Shown here piece by piece: positions 23,063-34,313 of a stretch of 64,000 nucleotides of DNA; position 1 is the first letter of the stretch, and every line of letters begins with the position of its first letter. The translations under genes were made by a program, and so were the position numbers. This DNA is from Rhynchopus sp. YZ270_cl-10 (Eukaryota), in contig OZ037845.1 in assembly GCA_964035575.1 (NCBI GenBank), positions 744,001 to 808,000 on the forward strand. Reading direction: 5' to 3'. The notes beneath the pieces were generated by a model. The model did no database searches and was not told the DNA's origin. It was given only the letters and a program-made list of their open reading frames with translations.

Positions 23063-24220
23063 CTTCGAAGGGTGCTATTTGTTTGTGTGTTGTGTGCAAT
23101 GTTCCTGTCGGAATGTGGTGTGGTGTGCGAGGGGCTTGCTTTGGGGTGGTGAGGTGGTGACAAAGTAGCAAAAGGATGGGCAACACAGGGGATTTATTTT
23201 GGTTTTACTTTGTTTTCTTCTGCTGAGGATGTGGTCCTGACAAAACCTGTGGGAGGTTTTACTTTTATTTCAGGCCCGCCTTTCCCTCTTTTTGCAAAGT
23301 GCAAACAAGGGAAAAGGAGAGAGTACACACAAAAAAAAGAACCCCTCAAGACAGAGAGAAGGTCGTGCAGAACATCACACACACACAGAGCAACGGCAAA
23401 CTTGGTGCGCATCGTCGGTGCGTGTGTGTTTGCACGTGGGGGCGGGGGAGGAAAGGGAAAAGGAAAATGAAAAGCAATAAACACGATTGTTTATAGAGCG
23501 GAGAGAAAAAGTAAACAAAAAAAAAATTGAAATTGAAATTGAAAAAAAAAACAGCAGTGTGACACTGCGCCCAAAACACACATTCCGCACCGTACAGGCA
23601 CAGCTTCCCCTCTCTGTCTCTGTCCCCCGCACGATCAAGTCAACGTTCCAGTCCACACCTTGCAGGTGTGGTAGTGAAGTTGCGCACAGGGGATGATAGT
23701 TTTAAGGATGGAAGCACCGCAGACGAGGTGGTGTCTGCAGGGAAAGGGTCCTGGAAAAACATGACAAAAGAAGGACACAAAAAGGGGACACAACAATGCG
23801 AACATGGAAAATAGAAAAAGTGACATAACCGAAAAATGTGCGTTTCAAAACAACAACGTGGCCCTCAAAAAGAGGGAAATCGTCAGGTGAAAAAAAAGCA
23901 GCTGCAAAGTTGTTACTGCGAATGAGGAAGACGCAAGACAGGAGAAGAAGGATCTCATGTGTGCTGGCAGCCTCGCTTTGTCACATCCACAAAAAAGCAA
24001 CTGCTAATATAAAAGCCCGAAAAAAACGAGACCACGTTGTAAAAACGACACGATGCGAATATTTTAAAGTAGAGAAAAGAGAAAAGAGAAAACTTGAAAA
24101 ACTAGCATATGATCCCACCTGCAAAGAAAAAGTGCAGCCAAGAAAACATTTGTAAGCTGAGCACTGTCACAGTCACAGTCACAGTCACAGTCACAGCCAC
24201 AGCCACAGCCACAGCCACAC

Positions 24221-25960
24221 TCAGATGCACTGTCCACGGCCCTCGCTGTCCAGCATGCAGCGCTTCTGGTCACCGCAGTCCATGAGCACACACTGGTTGA
24301 ACACACAGCAGCTGGCGCCGTCAGATCCCGCAACGCACACGTGGTCACGCGCAGTGCAGCCGGTGGAGGCTGTGCACGACGCCTTGTCTCCGCACATGGC
24401 CTGCTTCCTGCAGATCACGTCCTCGCAGCAGCCATCCTGCTTCTGGTCAGTCACCTCCACACAGGCGCTGGTGCTTCCCGTGAGCAGTGCCAGCAGCATG
24501 TCGATTCTGCAGATGAGTGCGTCTGTGCCCTCAACAGCGCCGTAGCCGGCAGGGCAGGAAAGCGGGGCGGGGCAGCAGGGCTCCTCGTCACGCACGCAGC
24601 ACTTCTGGCACCTTGGGCCCTGGCAGGTAGGGTCAACGGTGCAGGTGTAGCCAGGCTTGCAGGCGTCAAAGCCTGTGCCACAGGTGGGGCCCTGTGCGGA
24701 GCAGAAGGAGGGGGTCGGCGGGGTCGGGGGGGTCTCCTTCACACAGGTTCCGGGTGCGTCGCACGTCGGCTCCGAGCACTGGCAGGTGAGTCCCGAAGCG
24801 CACCTGTTGTAGAAGCAGGGCAGGGTGAAGCCGCCACAGCCCGCACCCTCAGGCTGGTAGTCGACACATTCCTTTGTTGTGAGGCATGCGAACCGGTCGG
24901 GCGAAGAGGTGTCGCGTGTGGCGCGGCAGAACTGCGTGCTCGGGCAGTCTGCGTTCGTGTCGCACCCGCTCACAACAGTAGGGGCCGGAGGGGCGGTCTC
25001 CTTCACACAGGTTCCAGGTGCGTCGCACGTCGGCTCCGAGCACTGGCAGGTGAGTCCCGAAGCACACCTGTTGTAGAAGCAGGGCAGGGTGAAGCCGCCA
25101 CAGCCCGCACCCTCAGGCTGGTAGTCGACACATTCCTTTGTTGTGAGGCATGCGAACCGGTCGGGCGAAGAGGTGTCGCGTGTGGCGCGGCAGAACTGCG
25201 TGCTCGGGCAGTCTGCGTTCGTGTCGCACCCGCTCACAACAGTAGGGGCCGGAGGGGCGGTCTCCTTCACACAGGTTCCAGGTGCGTCGCACGTCGGCTC
25301 CGAGCACTGGCAGGTGAGTCCCGAAGCACACCTGTTGTAGAAGCAGGGCAGAGTGAAGCCGCCACAGCCCGCACCCTCAGGCTGGTAGTCAACACACTCC
25401 TTTGTTGTGAGGCATGCGAACTGGTCGGGCGAGGAGGTGTCGCGAGTGGCGCGGCAGAACTGCGTGCTCGGGCAGTCTGCGTTCGTGTCGCACCCGTTCA
25501 CAACAGTAGGGGCCGGAGGGGCGGTCTCCTTCACACAGGTTCCAGGTGCGTCGCACGTCGGCTCCGAACACTGGCAGGTGAGCCCCGAAGCGCACCTGTT
25601 GTAGAAGCAGGGCAGGGTGAAGCCGCCACAGCCCGCACCCTCAGGCTGGTAGTCAACACATTCCTTCGTTGTGAGGCACGCAAAAAGGTCGGGCGAGGAG
25701 GTGTCGCGAGTGGCGCGGCAGAACTGTGTTTTCGGGCAGTCTGCGTTCGTGTCACACCCCTGCACAATCTGCCTGCACGTGATGGTGGTGCAGCACGCAG
25801 ACGCTGTCGTGCACGTACCGCTCTGCAGTCCCTCTGGTGTGCACGGTGTCGCCGTCTCCACAAACCCAAGCGGGCAGGTGGGGTGCTGCAGGCAGCAGTT
25901 CACGTCTGCAGACGCGACAGACGCGAGCAGTGCTGACACGGTGATTGAGAGCATCTTCAT
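24221..25960 (-). CDS. Secreted cysteine-rich repeat protein, copy 9 (579 aa, 4 repeats)
   Basis: One extra repeat (third repeat type duplicated). Confidence 0.9.
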   Translation of the reverse strand: MKMLSITVSALLASVASADVNCCLQHPTCPLGFVETATPCTPEGLQSGTCTTASACCTTITCRQIVQGCDTNADCPKTQFCRATRDTSSPDLFACLTTKECVDYQPEGAGCGGFTLPCFYNRCASGLTCQCSEPTCDAPGTCVKETAPPAPTVVNGCDTNADCPSTQFCRATRDTSSPDQFACLTTKECVDYQPEGAGCGGFTLPCFYNRCASGLTCQCSEPTCDAPGTCVKETAPPAPTVVSGCDTNADCPSTQFCRATRDTSSPDRFACLTTKECVDYQPEGAGCGGFTLPCFYNRCASGLTCQCSEPTCDAPGTCVKETAPPAPTVVSGCDTNADCPSTQFCRATRDTSSPDRFACLTTKECVDYQPEGAGCGGFTLPCFYNRCASGLTCQCSEPTCDAPGTCVKETPPTPPTPSFCSAQGPTCGTGFDACKPGYTCTVDPTCQGPRCQKCCVRDEEPCCPAPLSCPAGYGAVEGTDALICRIDMLLALLTGSTSACVEVTDQKQDGCCEDVICRKQAMCGDKASCTASTGCTARDHVCVAGSDGASCCVFNQCVLMDCGDQKRCMLDSEGRGQCI

Positions 25961-26165
25961 CTTCGAAGGGTGCTATTTGTTTGTGTGTTGTGTGCAATGT
26001 TCCTGTCGGAATGTGGTGTGGTGTGCGAGGGGCTTGCTTTGGGATGGACGCAAAGGAATTCTCTGTACTTAACAGCACGAGGAAGGGGAGACACGAAAAT
26101 GAAAAAATGGTTTACTGTGATTACATTATCAGACACGGTTTTCTAATTTGAACTGTCAAAAAAAA

Positions 26166-27015
26166 TCAGCTATATACTCCCCTCAACCCCGCCACCGGCT
26201 GAATCGATACTGTGACAACCGTACTACGTGGGCTAGCACTCGCTTTGTTGTCAGAATCTAGAGTGTCACCCGCCCTCTTCTGTACACAAGCTACACCAAA
26301 AAGACGCCGCGACTCAGACACCGATGCGAGGGGGTCCTTGACCACCATGGTGCGAGGTGACCCATCGTGTTCCTCCTCCCCTTCCTCTGTAGGCGGAGTT
26401 GGCGGTGCTTCGCTGCTTTCGGAGAAGTCGTCTTCGTCTTCAAGCTCGCGGAGGAGGGCAGCTTCGGCCTCTTCGTCTGTGTTGGTGGGTTCTGTGTGGT
26501 CTGCTCTGCGGTTGCGTCGCATGAGGCAGCAGTCGCACATATCGAAGTTGCAAGCGTCACATCGCCAATGTGTGACGATGCGTACGTCTTGCGAAGCGCA
26601 GCCTCCTTCCTCCGCACTGCCGTCGCATAGCCACACAGCGGCCTCTGACTCCGACATCTGCTGTTGACGTGCTAAAGGGTGTCCCATGCTACAGACGTGG
26701 CGCAGTGCTGCCGGCAGTAGTGTTGTGTCCACCAGTTCTCGCAGGGATGCAAGTGACGCGGGATGCGGCTCCCTAAACGCAAGCTTCGCAAGAACACAGC
26801 AACGATCACAAATGGAATAGTTGCAATCATCATGCGGGCATTGCTTGCGTGAGATGCCGTCGTGTCTGAAGGGAAAAGAAGGGGTTATAAGGTTGTGGAG
26901 AAAAATGGTAATACCTGGCAATAGAGGTCAAGCGTCGTACACAGCTGTTGGATGAGCAGCGCCACTCAAGATCATCATCCGGGGTGGTGAGGGCATGCCC
27001 GTTGGGACACTGCAT
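26166..27015 (-). CDS. Two-exon Cys/His zinc-finger-like protein (~266 aa), join(26166..26865,26915..27015)
   Basis: A 49-nt GTATTA...TTCAG intron (26866-26914) joins MQCPNGHAL...SIAR in frame to HDGISRK. Two C..GH.L...W.C...C...C..C.[YF]..C..C modules resemble C1-like/ZZ-like fingers, followed by an acidic tail. Confidence 0.7.
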
Positions 27016-27159
27016 GGTCTTCTAATTTTGCAACGCTTTTTGCAAAAGCGGACAACGTTTTACAGCATTGTGTATTGACTTTGTGTATTCCTGTAGAGGA
27101 TCGGCGGTAAAACCTAGCAACAACCTACACAACACATCGCCCTCACCTCTCTCGAGAGT

Positions 27160-27268
27160 TTCTTTGTACGTAAAGTCTCTAATGTCTATTCTATGTTGAC
27201 ATTTTTATTACTCACATACACTCCCACTAACTACCGGGCCAGAGGAAACCTCTTTAAGACCCAAAAGA
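27160..27268. repeat. Dispersed ~110-bp repeat, copy 1 (copy 2 at ~53832-53940)
   Basis: Colinear similarity: TTTGT.CGTAAAGT...TGTTGA.ATTTTTATTACTCACA...CTCCCACT...GGCCAGAGGAAA.CTCTTT.AG. Confidence 0.8.
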
Positions 27269-27730
27269 CGTCCCTCCCTTCTCTGTGTCCTTAGAAGAAC
27301 AATGTATCCTCTCGGCGTGAGTTTTTTGCAAAACTGAGACTGTCTACTTACCTCTGTAAGACTTTGGTGACTCTCAACTACGTTCATATGGGATGAGGAA
27401 TTTTGCATAGTATGATTATAAAAAAACAAAGGTGGTAGGATGCACTTCTCACAGTAGGGAGGGGAGGTGGTGGGATAGCAGTAGTTCTGCGTCTGTTGAA
27501 GGAAGAGTGCAAAGAGAAGACCCGTACACTCTCAATTCAAGAGAAACAGAACAGCATTAGGGGTGGGTGTGGGAGTCACGTCCCAAGCAGACAGAACATA
27601 GGGATTTGTAGGGAAGGGGGCAGGGTGAAAAAACAACAACAAGTCAGCGTGACGCTTACTTCCATTTGTTTCTTTTCCCATTGGTAAACAATTTAGTGAT
27701 GCTAAAAGAAATGAAAGAAAAGAAAACTAG

Positions 27731-27762
27731 AAAGATGAATGTGCCTCTCGTGCACACACATC
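27731..27762 (-). other. Dispersed hairpin element, subfamily B (also 30025, 32365, 34705, 37052, 42855-42889, 58704)
   Basis: Plus strand AAAGATGAATGTGCCTCTCGTGCACACACATC; minus-strand fold GAUG-UG-UGUGC-ACGAGAG-GCACA-UU-CAUC. Confidence 0.7.
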
Positions 27763-28672
27763 GTACTTAGAACAAAAAAACGTAGTGAAAATACTATCAA
27801 AACAATATCGGTACCGAATCTTCAAGAAGGAAAAAATGGGGGGTTTTTGTTTCAAAGTTTTTTGAAAACCTCGAGAATTTGGGTCAGCCCTTTTCAAGAT
27901 TTTCAAGACTTTTGACAATTTGTACTTGACGCCGACTATTGCCTGAGTATCCACCTTGGCGGGACTGAGACAATGGACGACGCAACAAAACACAAATTGC
28001 CACGGCCTTGATCAAGATGGGGGAGATTGGTGGCCAGGAAACGGATGTTATTCTTGAAGATCTTTTCTGCACCTAACAGAAAGGAGAAAATGATAAAAAT
28101 GAGTGAAGCTTGTCTCTTCGAACGACGACACCGACAACAGCATCGAGCTGAGGTGGGCACTTCGTTGATCAAACAAGGTGTCAAGGGGAGGGTGTGGGGA
28201 TGGGTGGGGTGAGTGCAAATATCACGTAAAAGAAACAAAGTGAAGTTGATAGTGCAAACAAAAGTTGTGGCAAGCGCAAACACCGTTCAACATATTTACA
28301 GTTACGGTATACAAAAACGGACCTGGCACCTTGCATTCGCGAGACCAGATGTCAGTTATCATTCTCGTGACGACTGTGGTGTCATCTGAAGACCTTTGTG
28401 TTCCGCTTGCAATTCAATGTGTTGTGGGGGGTAAGAAAAACAAAACCAAGTGAATCTGACGCAACACTCCACGTCACTCAGGGGAAAAGTCTAGCCTTCT
28501 ATTTACGTGGTGTTCTCTTGGAAATACAGTGTCTCCAGGACAGGAAGGAGTACACCGCACAGTTGGTCATGACAAAGCAAAGCGAGCAGGAGGACAGGAG
28601 GACACATGCGGATGAGACACTGCATGCAACCACGTGCTCTGCTGACCCAAAGAGAAGAAACGGAAACTGTCT

Positions 28673-29632
28673 TCAAGACATGATGAGTGCAATCAGAAAA
28701 CAAGGGAAAAGGATTGCCAGGTAGTTTGGAAGGTTCAAACTCCCAGCGCCGTTCTCCTCATCAGGTCCTCCGGCAGGGATGTCAGTTGCCAAAGATGGCG
28801 CATCTGTGGTGTCCACATCCACACACTCGTAGCTAAACTCAAGTGAATCAGCCCCGCTTGAACCGCTTTCCAACTGCACAAAGACCGTCCCTCTCATCGT
28901 TGCACGGTCGACACGGAAGCGGCTCTCCGTGAATTTTACCGTCAATCTGTAGTCTGTGCCGTTGAGTGAGGAGTACAATGCCACGGAAGCTGTGTCGTAC
29001 AAATCCATGACTGCAAAACTGATCACATTATGGTTGTCGCACTCAATGCGCCAGCACTCCGTGTGGTTGCTCGCAAAGCTCGCCTGCCCAGCATTGTGGC
29101 CCACTTCGTTGCAGGAGTGCGGCACATCAGGCACACCAGGCACGCCTGTGGGTGGTGCTGGGCTTGTCGCATCCACACACATGTAGTTGATGTCAAGCAC
29201 TGAATCGTCTCTGATGTGGCTGCCTCTGAACTGCACAAAAACCTGACCACTCAACACAATGTCAACATCTTCGAGGGAGGAACCCTGGAACAGGCTTCTC
29301 GCCACCCTGAAGTCTGTGCCAGTCAGTGTGTACAACCGTGCAGTGGAGAGGTAGGACTCTGCGTTGGCCGAAAACCTGATCACCACATCCTTGTCGCACG
29401 CAATGTTGTAGCACTCAGAGTAAAACCCTCCTCTGTTCGAAAAGCTCACGTTCCCAGCACTGTCGTTCAGGTCGGTCTGTTCGTTGCAGACATCAAACAC
29501 ACCTGGTGGGAGGGTGGCTGGCACGTCGGTAGGTGGTGCTGGGGTGGTTGCATCCACATTGTGGTCAAAGCCAAACGACGCACAGAACAGCACTGCAATG
29601 CATGCACGCGCGAGCAACGTTGTGGGCTTCAT
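28673..29632 (-). CDS. Probably GPI-anchored surface protein with two CUB-like domains, copy 1 (319 aa)
   Basis: ATG at MKPTT (the track starts at an upstream TTG). Signal peptide; two C...L....G...F.....C.[YW].I.C....V..F...LY....G.VFVQ.....Y.C domains separated by Pro/Thr linkers; hydrophobic C-terminus with no cytoplasmic tail. Confidence 0.85.
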   Translation of the reverse strand: MKPTTLLARACIAVLFCASFGFDHNVDATTPAPPTDVPATLPPGVFDVCNEQTDLNDSAGNVSFSNRGGFYSECYNIACDKDVVIRFSANAESYLSTARLYTLTGTDFRVARSLFQGSSLEDVDIVLSGQVFVQFRGSHIRDDSVLDINYMCVDATSPAPPTGVPGVPDVPHSCNEVGHNAGQASFASNHTECWRIECDNHNVISFAVMDLYDTASVALYSSLNGTDYRLTVKFTESRFRVDRATMRGTVFVQLESGSSGADSLEFSYECVDVDTTDAPSLATDIPAGGPDEENGAGSLNLPNYLAILFPCFLIALIMS

Positions 29633-31022
29633 AATTTTATGCAAAAGGTGCCTGATGTGTGTGTGGAGAGAAGGGGTTTGGGATCAAGGGTTCAGGGGTT
29701 GAGAACAACGATGCTCGCAATGTTCTCAGGAGGGTGGACGATGGTCTGCGGCATTGTGTGTGCAACACAACAGAAATGGGACAAAAGGTAGGGTGGGTAC
29801 GTGCAGAAAGGGGTTAAGATTCGTTCAAGCGACTAAGGGTTAGTCAAAAAAAGTGAGGGTTAAAGTGAAGGTAATTCCCAAGCAGACAGAACATAGGGAT
29901 TTGTAGGGAAGGGGGTAGGGTGAAAAACAACAACAAGTCAGCGTGACGCTTACTTCCATTTGTTTCTTTTCCCATTGGTAAACAATTTAGTGATGCTAAA
30001 AGAAATGAAAGAAAAGAAAACTAGAAAGATGACTGTGCCTCTCGTGCACACACATCGTACTTAGAACAAAAGAACGTAGTGAAAATACTATCAAAACAAT
30101 ATCGGTACCGAATCTTCAAGAAGGAAAAAATGGGGGGTTTTTGTTTCAAAGTTTTTGAAAACCTCGAGAATTTGGGTCAGCGCTTTTCAGATTTTCAAGA
30201 CTTTTGACAATTTAGACTTGACACCGACAATTGCCTGAGTATCCACCTTGGTGGGGACTGAGACAATGGACGACGCAACAAAACACAAATTGCCACGGCC
30301 TTGATCAAGATGGGGGAGATTGGTGGCCAGGAAACGGATGTTATTCTTGAAGATCTTTTCTGCACCTAACAGAAAGGAGAAAATGATAAAAAGGAGTGAA
30401 GCTTGTCTCTTCGAACGACGACACCGACAACAGCATCGAGCTGAGGTGGGCACTTCGTTGATCAAACAAGGTGTCAAGGGGAGGGTGTGGGGATGGGTGG
30501 GGTGAGTGCAAACATCACGTAAAAGAAACAATAGTTGCGGCAAGCGCAAACACGGCTCAACCAAGCGACACCGATTCTGTGGCGGTTGTCAAGCACACAG
30601 CACTTCTTGAGTGGCATTCATTACAAATAGGCCTTGACGACAATACCGTGGGAAGCACGAACAACATTAATTGGAAATACAACACGGAACTGGAACCTTC
30701 CATTCACAATTTTCGTGACGACTGTGGTGTCATCTGAAGACCTTTGTGTTCCGCTTGCAATTCAATGTGTTGTGGGGGGTAAGAAAAACAAAACCAAGTG
30801 AATCTGATGCAACACTCCACGTCACTCAGGGGAAAAGTCTAGCCTTCTATTTACGTGGTGTTCTCTTGGAAATACAGTGTCTCCAGGACAGGAAGGAGTA
30901 CACCGCACAGTTGGTCATGACAAAGCAAAGCGAGCAGGAGGACAGGAGGACACATGCGGATGAGACACTGCATGCAACCACGTGCTCTGGTCTGACCCGA
31001 ATAGAAGATATGAAAACTGCCT

Positions 31023-31976
31023 TCAAGACATGATGACTGCAATCAGAAAACAAGGGAAAAGGATTGCCAGGTAGTTTGGAAGGTTCAAACTCCCAGCGCC
31101 GTTCTCCTCATCAGGTCCTCCGGCAGGGATGTCAGTTGCCAAAGATGGCGCATCTGTGGTGTCCACATCCACACACTCGTAGCTAAACTCAAGTGAATCA
31201 GCCCCGCTTGAACCGCTTTCCAACTGCACAAAGACCGTCCCTCTCACCACAGCACGGTCGATACGGAAGCGGCTCTCCGTGAATTTCAAAGTGTAGTCTG
31301 TGCCGTTGACTGAGGAGTACAACGTCACGGAAGCTGTGTCGTACAAATCCATGACTGCAAACCAGATCACATTATAGTTGTCGCACTCCATGCGCCAGCA
31401 CTCCGTGTGGTTGCTCGCAAAGCTCGCCCGTCCAACATTGTGGCCCACTTCGTTGCAGGAGTGCGGCACATCAGGCACAGCTGGCACGCCTGTGGGTGGT
31501 GCTGGGCTTGTCGCATCCACACACATGTAGTTGATGTCAAGCACTGAATCGTCTCTGATGTGGCTGCTTCTGAACTGCACAAAAACCTGACCACTCAATA
31601 CAATGTCAACATCTTCGAGGGAGGAACCCTGGAACAGGCTTCTCGCCACCCTGAAGTCTGTGCCAGTCAGTGTGTACAGCCGTGCAGTGGAGAGGTAGGA
31701 CTCTGCGTTGGCCGAAAACCTGATCACCACATCCTTGTCGCACGCAATGTTGTAGCACTCAGAGTAAAACCCTCCTCTGTTCGAAAAGCTCACGTTCCCA
31801 GCACTGTCGTTCAGGTTGGTCTGTTCGTTGCAGACATCAAACACACCTGGTGGGAGGGCAGCTGGCACGTCGGTAGGTGGTGCTGGGGTGCTCGCATCCA
31901 CATTGTGGTCAAAGCCAAACGACGCACAGAACAGCACTGCAATGCATGCACGCGCGAGCAACGTTGTGGGCTTCAT
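31023..31976 (-). CDS. CUB-like GPI surface protein, copy 2 (317 aa)
   Basis: Paralog, most divergent in domain 2. Confidence 0.85.
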   Translation of the reverse strand: MKPTTLLARACIAVLFCASFGFDHNVDASTPAPPTDVPAALPPGVFDVCNEQTNLNDSAGNVSFSNRGGFYSECYNIACDKDVVIRFSANAESYLSTARLYTLTGTDFRVARSLFQGSSLEDVDIVLSGQVFVQFRSSHIRDDSVLDINYMCVDATSPAPPTGVPAVPDVPHSCNEVGHNVGRASFASNHTECWRMECDNYNVIWFAVMDLYDTASVTLYSSVNGTDYTLKFTESRFRIDRAVVRGTVFVQLESGSSGADSLEFSYECVDVDTTDAPSLATDIPAGGPDEENGAGSLNLPNYLAILFPCFLIAVIMS

Positions 31977-33356
31977 AGTTTTATGCAAAAGGTGCCTGAT
32001 GTGTGTGTGGAGAGAAGGGGTTTGGGATCAAGGGTTCAGGGGTTGAGAACAACGATGCTCGCAATGTTCTCAGGAGGGTGGACGATGGCCTGCGGCATTG
32101 TGTGTGCAACACAACAGAAATGAGTCAAAGGTAGGGTGGGTACGTGCAGACGGGTTAAGATTCGTTCAAGCGATTAAGGGTTAGTCAAAAAAAGTGAGGG
32201 TTAAAGTGAAGGTAATTCCCAAGCAGACAGAACATAGGGATTTGTAGGGAAGGGGGTAGGGTAAAAACAACAACAAGTCAGCGTGACGCTTACTTCCATT
32301 TGTTTCTTTTCCCATGGTAAACAATTTTAGTGATGCTAAAAGAAAACAAAGAAAAGAAAACTAGAAAGATGAATGTGCCTCTCGTGCACACACATCGTAC
32401 TTAGAACAAAAAAACGTAGTGAAAATACTATCAAAACAATATCGGTACCGAATCTTCAAGAAGGAAAAAATGGGGGGTTTTTGTTTCAAAGTTTTTTGAA
32501 AACCTCGAGAATTTGGGTCAGCCCTTTTCCAGATTTTCAAGACTTTTGACAATTTTGACTTGAAGACGACTATTGCCTGAGTATCCACCTTGGTGGAGAC
32601 GGAGGCAATTGACGACGCAACAAAACACAAATTGCCACGGTCTTGATCAAGATGGGGGAGATTGGTGGCCAGGAAACGGATGCTATTCTTGAAGATCTTT
32701 TCTGCACCTAACAGAAAGGAGAAAATGATAAAAAGGAGTGAAGCTTGTCTCTTCGAACGACGACACCGACAACAGCATCGAGCTGAGGTGGGCACTTCGT
32801 TGATCAAACAAGGTGTCAAGGGGAGGGTGTGGGGATGGGTGGGGTGAGTGCAAATATCAGGTAAAAGAAACAAAAGTTGTGGCAAGCGCAAACACGGCTC
32901 AACCAAGCGACACCGATTCTGTGGCGGTTGTCAAGCACCCAGCACTTCTTGAGTGGCATTCATTACAAATAGGCCTTGACGACAATACCGTGGGAAGCAC
33001 GAACAACATTGATTGGAAATACAACACGGACCTGGCACCTTCCATTCACAATTCTCGTGACGACTGTGGTGTCATCTGAAGACCTTTGTGTTCCGCTTGC
33101 AATTCAATGTGTTGTGGGGGGTAAGAAAAACAAAACCAAGTGAATCTGATGCAACTGCACACTCGGGGGAAAATGAAGCCTTCTATTTACGTGGTGTTCT
33201 CTTGGAAACACAGTGTCTCCAGGACAGGAAGGAGTACACCGCACAGTTGGTCATGACAAAGCAAAGCGAGCAGGAGGACAGGAGGACACATGCGGATGAG
33301 ACACTGCATGCAACCACGTGCTCTGCTGACCCAAAGAGAAGAAAGGGAAACTGTCT

Positions 33357-34313
33357 TCAAGACATGATGAGTGCAATCAGAAAACAAGGGAAAAGGATTG
33401 CCAGGTAGTTTGGAAGGTTCAAACTCCCAGCGCCGTTCTCCTCATCAGGTCCTCCGGCAGGGATGTCAGTTGCCAAAGATGGCGCATCTGTGGTGTCCAC
33501 ATCCACACACTCGTAGCTAAACTCAAGTGAATCAGCCCCGCTTGAACCGCTTTCCAACTGCACAAAGACCGTCCCTCTCATCGTAGCACGGTCGACACGG
33601 AAGCGGCTCTCCGTGAATTTCAACGTCAATTTGTAGTCGCCGTTGACTAAGGCGTACAACGCCACGGAAGCTGTGTCGTACAAATCCATGACTGCAAAAC
33701 TGATCACATTCTTGTTCTCGCACTCAATGCGCCAGCACTCCGTGTGGTTGCTCGCAAAGCTCGCCTGTCCAGCATTGTGGCCCACTTCGTTGCAAGAGTG
33801 CGGCACATCAGGCACAGCTGGCACGTCTGTGGGTGGTGCTGGGCTTGTCGCATCCACACACATGTAGTTGATGTCAAGCACTGAATCGTCTCTGATGTGG
33901 CTGCCTCTGAACTGCACAAAAACCTGACCACTCAACACAATGTCAACATCTTCGAGGGAGGAACCCTGGAACAGGCTTCTCGCCACCCTGAAGTCTGTGC
34001 CAGTCAGTGTGTACAGCCGTGCAGTGGAGAGGTAGGACTCTGCGTTGGCCGAAAACCTGATCACCACATCCTTGTCGCACGCAATGTTGTAGCACTCAGA
34101 GTAAAACCCTCCTCTGTTCGAAAAGCTCACGTTCCCAGCACTGTCGTTCAGGTCGGTCTGTTCGTTGCAGACATCAAACACACCTGGTGGGAGGGTGGCT
34201 GGCACGTCGGTAGGTGGTGCTGGGGTGGTTGCATCCACATTGTGGTCAAAGCCAAACGACGCACAGAACAGCACTGCAATGCATGCACGCGCGAGCAACG
34301 TTGTGGGCTTCAT
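33357..34313 (-). CDS. CUB-like GPI surface protein, copy 3 (318 aa)
   Basis: Paralog. Confidence 0.85.
   Translation of the reverse strand: MKPTTLLARACIAVLFCASFGFDHNVDATTPAPPTDVPATLPPGVFDVCNEQTDLNDSAGNVSFSNRGGFYSECYNIACDKDVVIRFSANAESYLSTARLYTLTGTDFRVARSLFQGSSLEDVDIVLSGQVFVQFRGSHIRDDSVLDINYMCVDATSPAPPTDVPAVPDVPHSCNEVGHNAGQASFASNHTECWRIECENKNVISFAVMDLYDTASVALYALVNGDYKLTLKFTESRFRVDRATMRGTVFVQLESGSSGADSLEFSYECVDVDTTDAPSLATDIPAGGPDEENGAGSLNLPNYLAILFPCFLIALIMS

Larger units (their letters stand above)
1345..26043. repeat. Tandem array of 9 gene-containing units (base unit 2628-2640 bp, plus 264-bp increments)
   Basis: The ORF set recurs with periods of 2628/2634/2640 bp, plus multiples of 264 bp. 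Units are almost identical. Similarity ends at ~1345 on the left and at ...GCTTGCTTTGGG 26043 on the right. Confidence 0.97.

Noticed and set aside
1345..26043. Possible CRISPR-like or cassette array
   Set aside because: Units are whole duplicated genes with no unique spacers; eukaryotic context and no cas or integrase gene
29685..29865. GGGTT(A)-rich stretch resembling telomeric TTAGGG
   Set aside because: Scattered imperfect units, not tandem; consistent with a C-rich 5' region on the coding strand
32361..32906. 181-204 aa minus-strand ORF in the spacer of array 2
   Set aside because: No ATG start, frameshifted or truncated in units 1-2, variable end and no recognisable domain; a pseudogene fragment cannot be fully excluded
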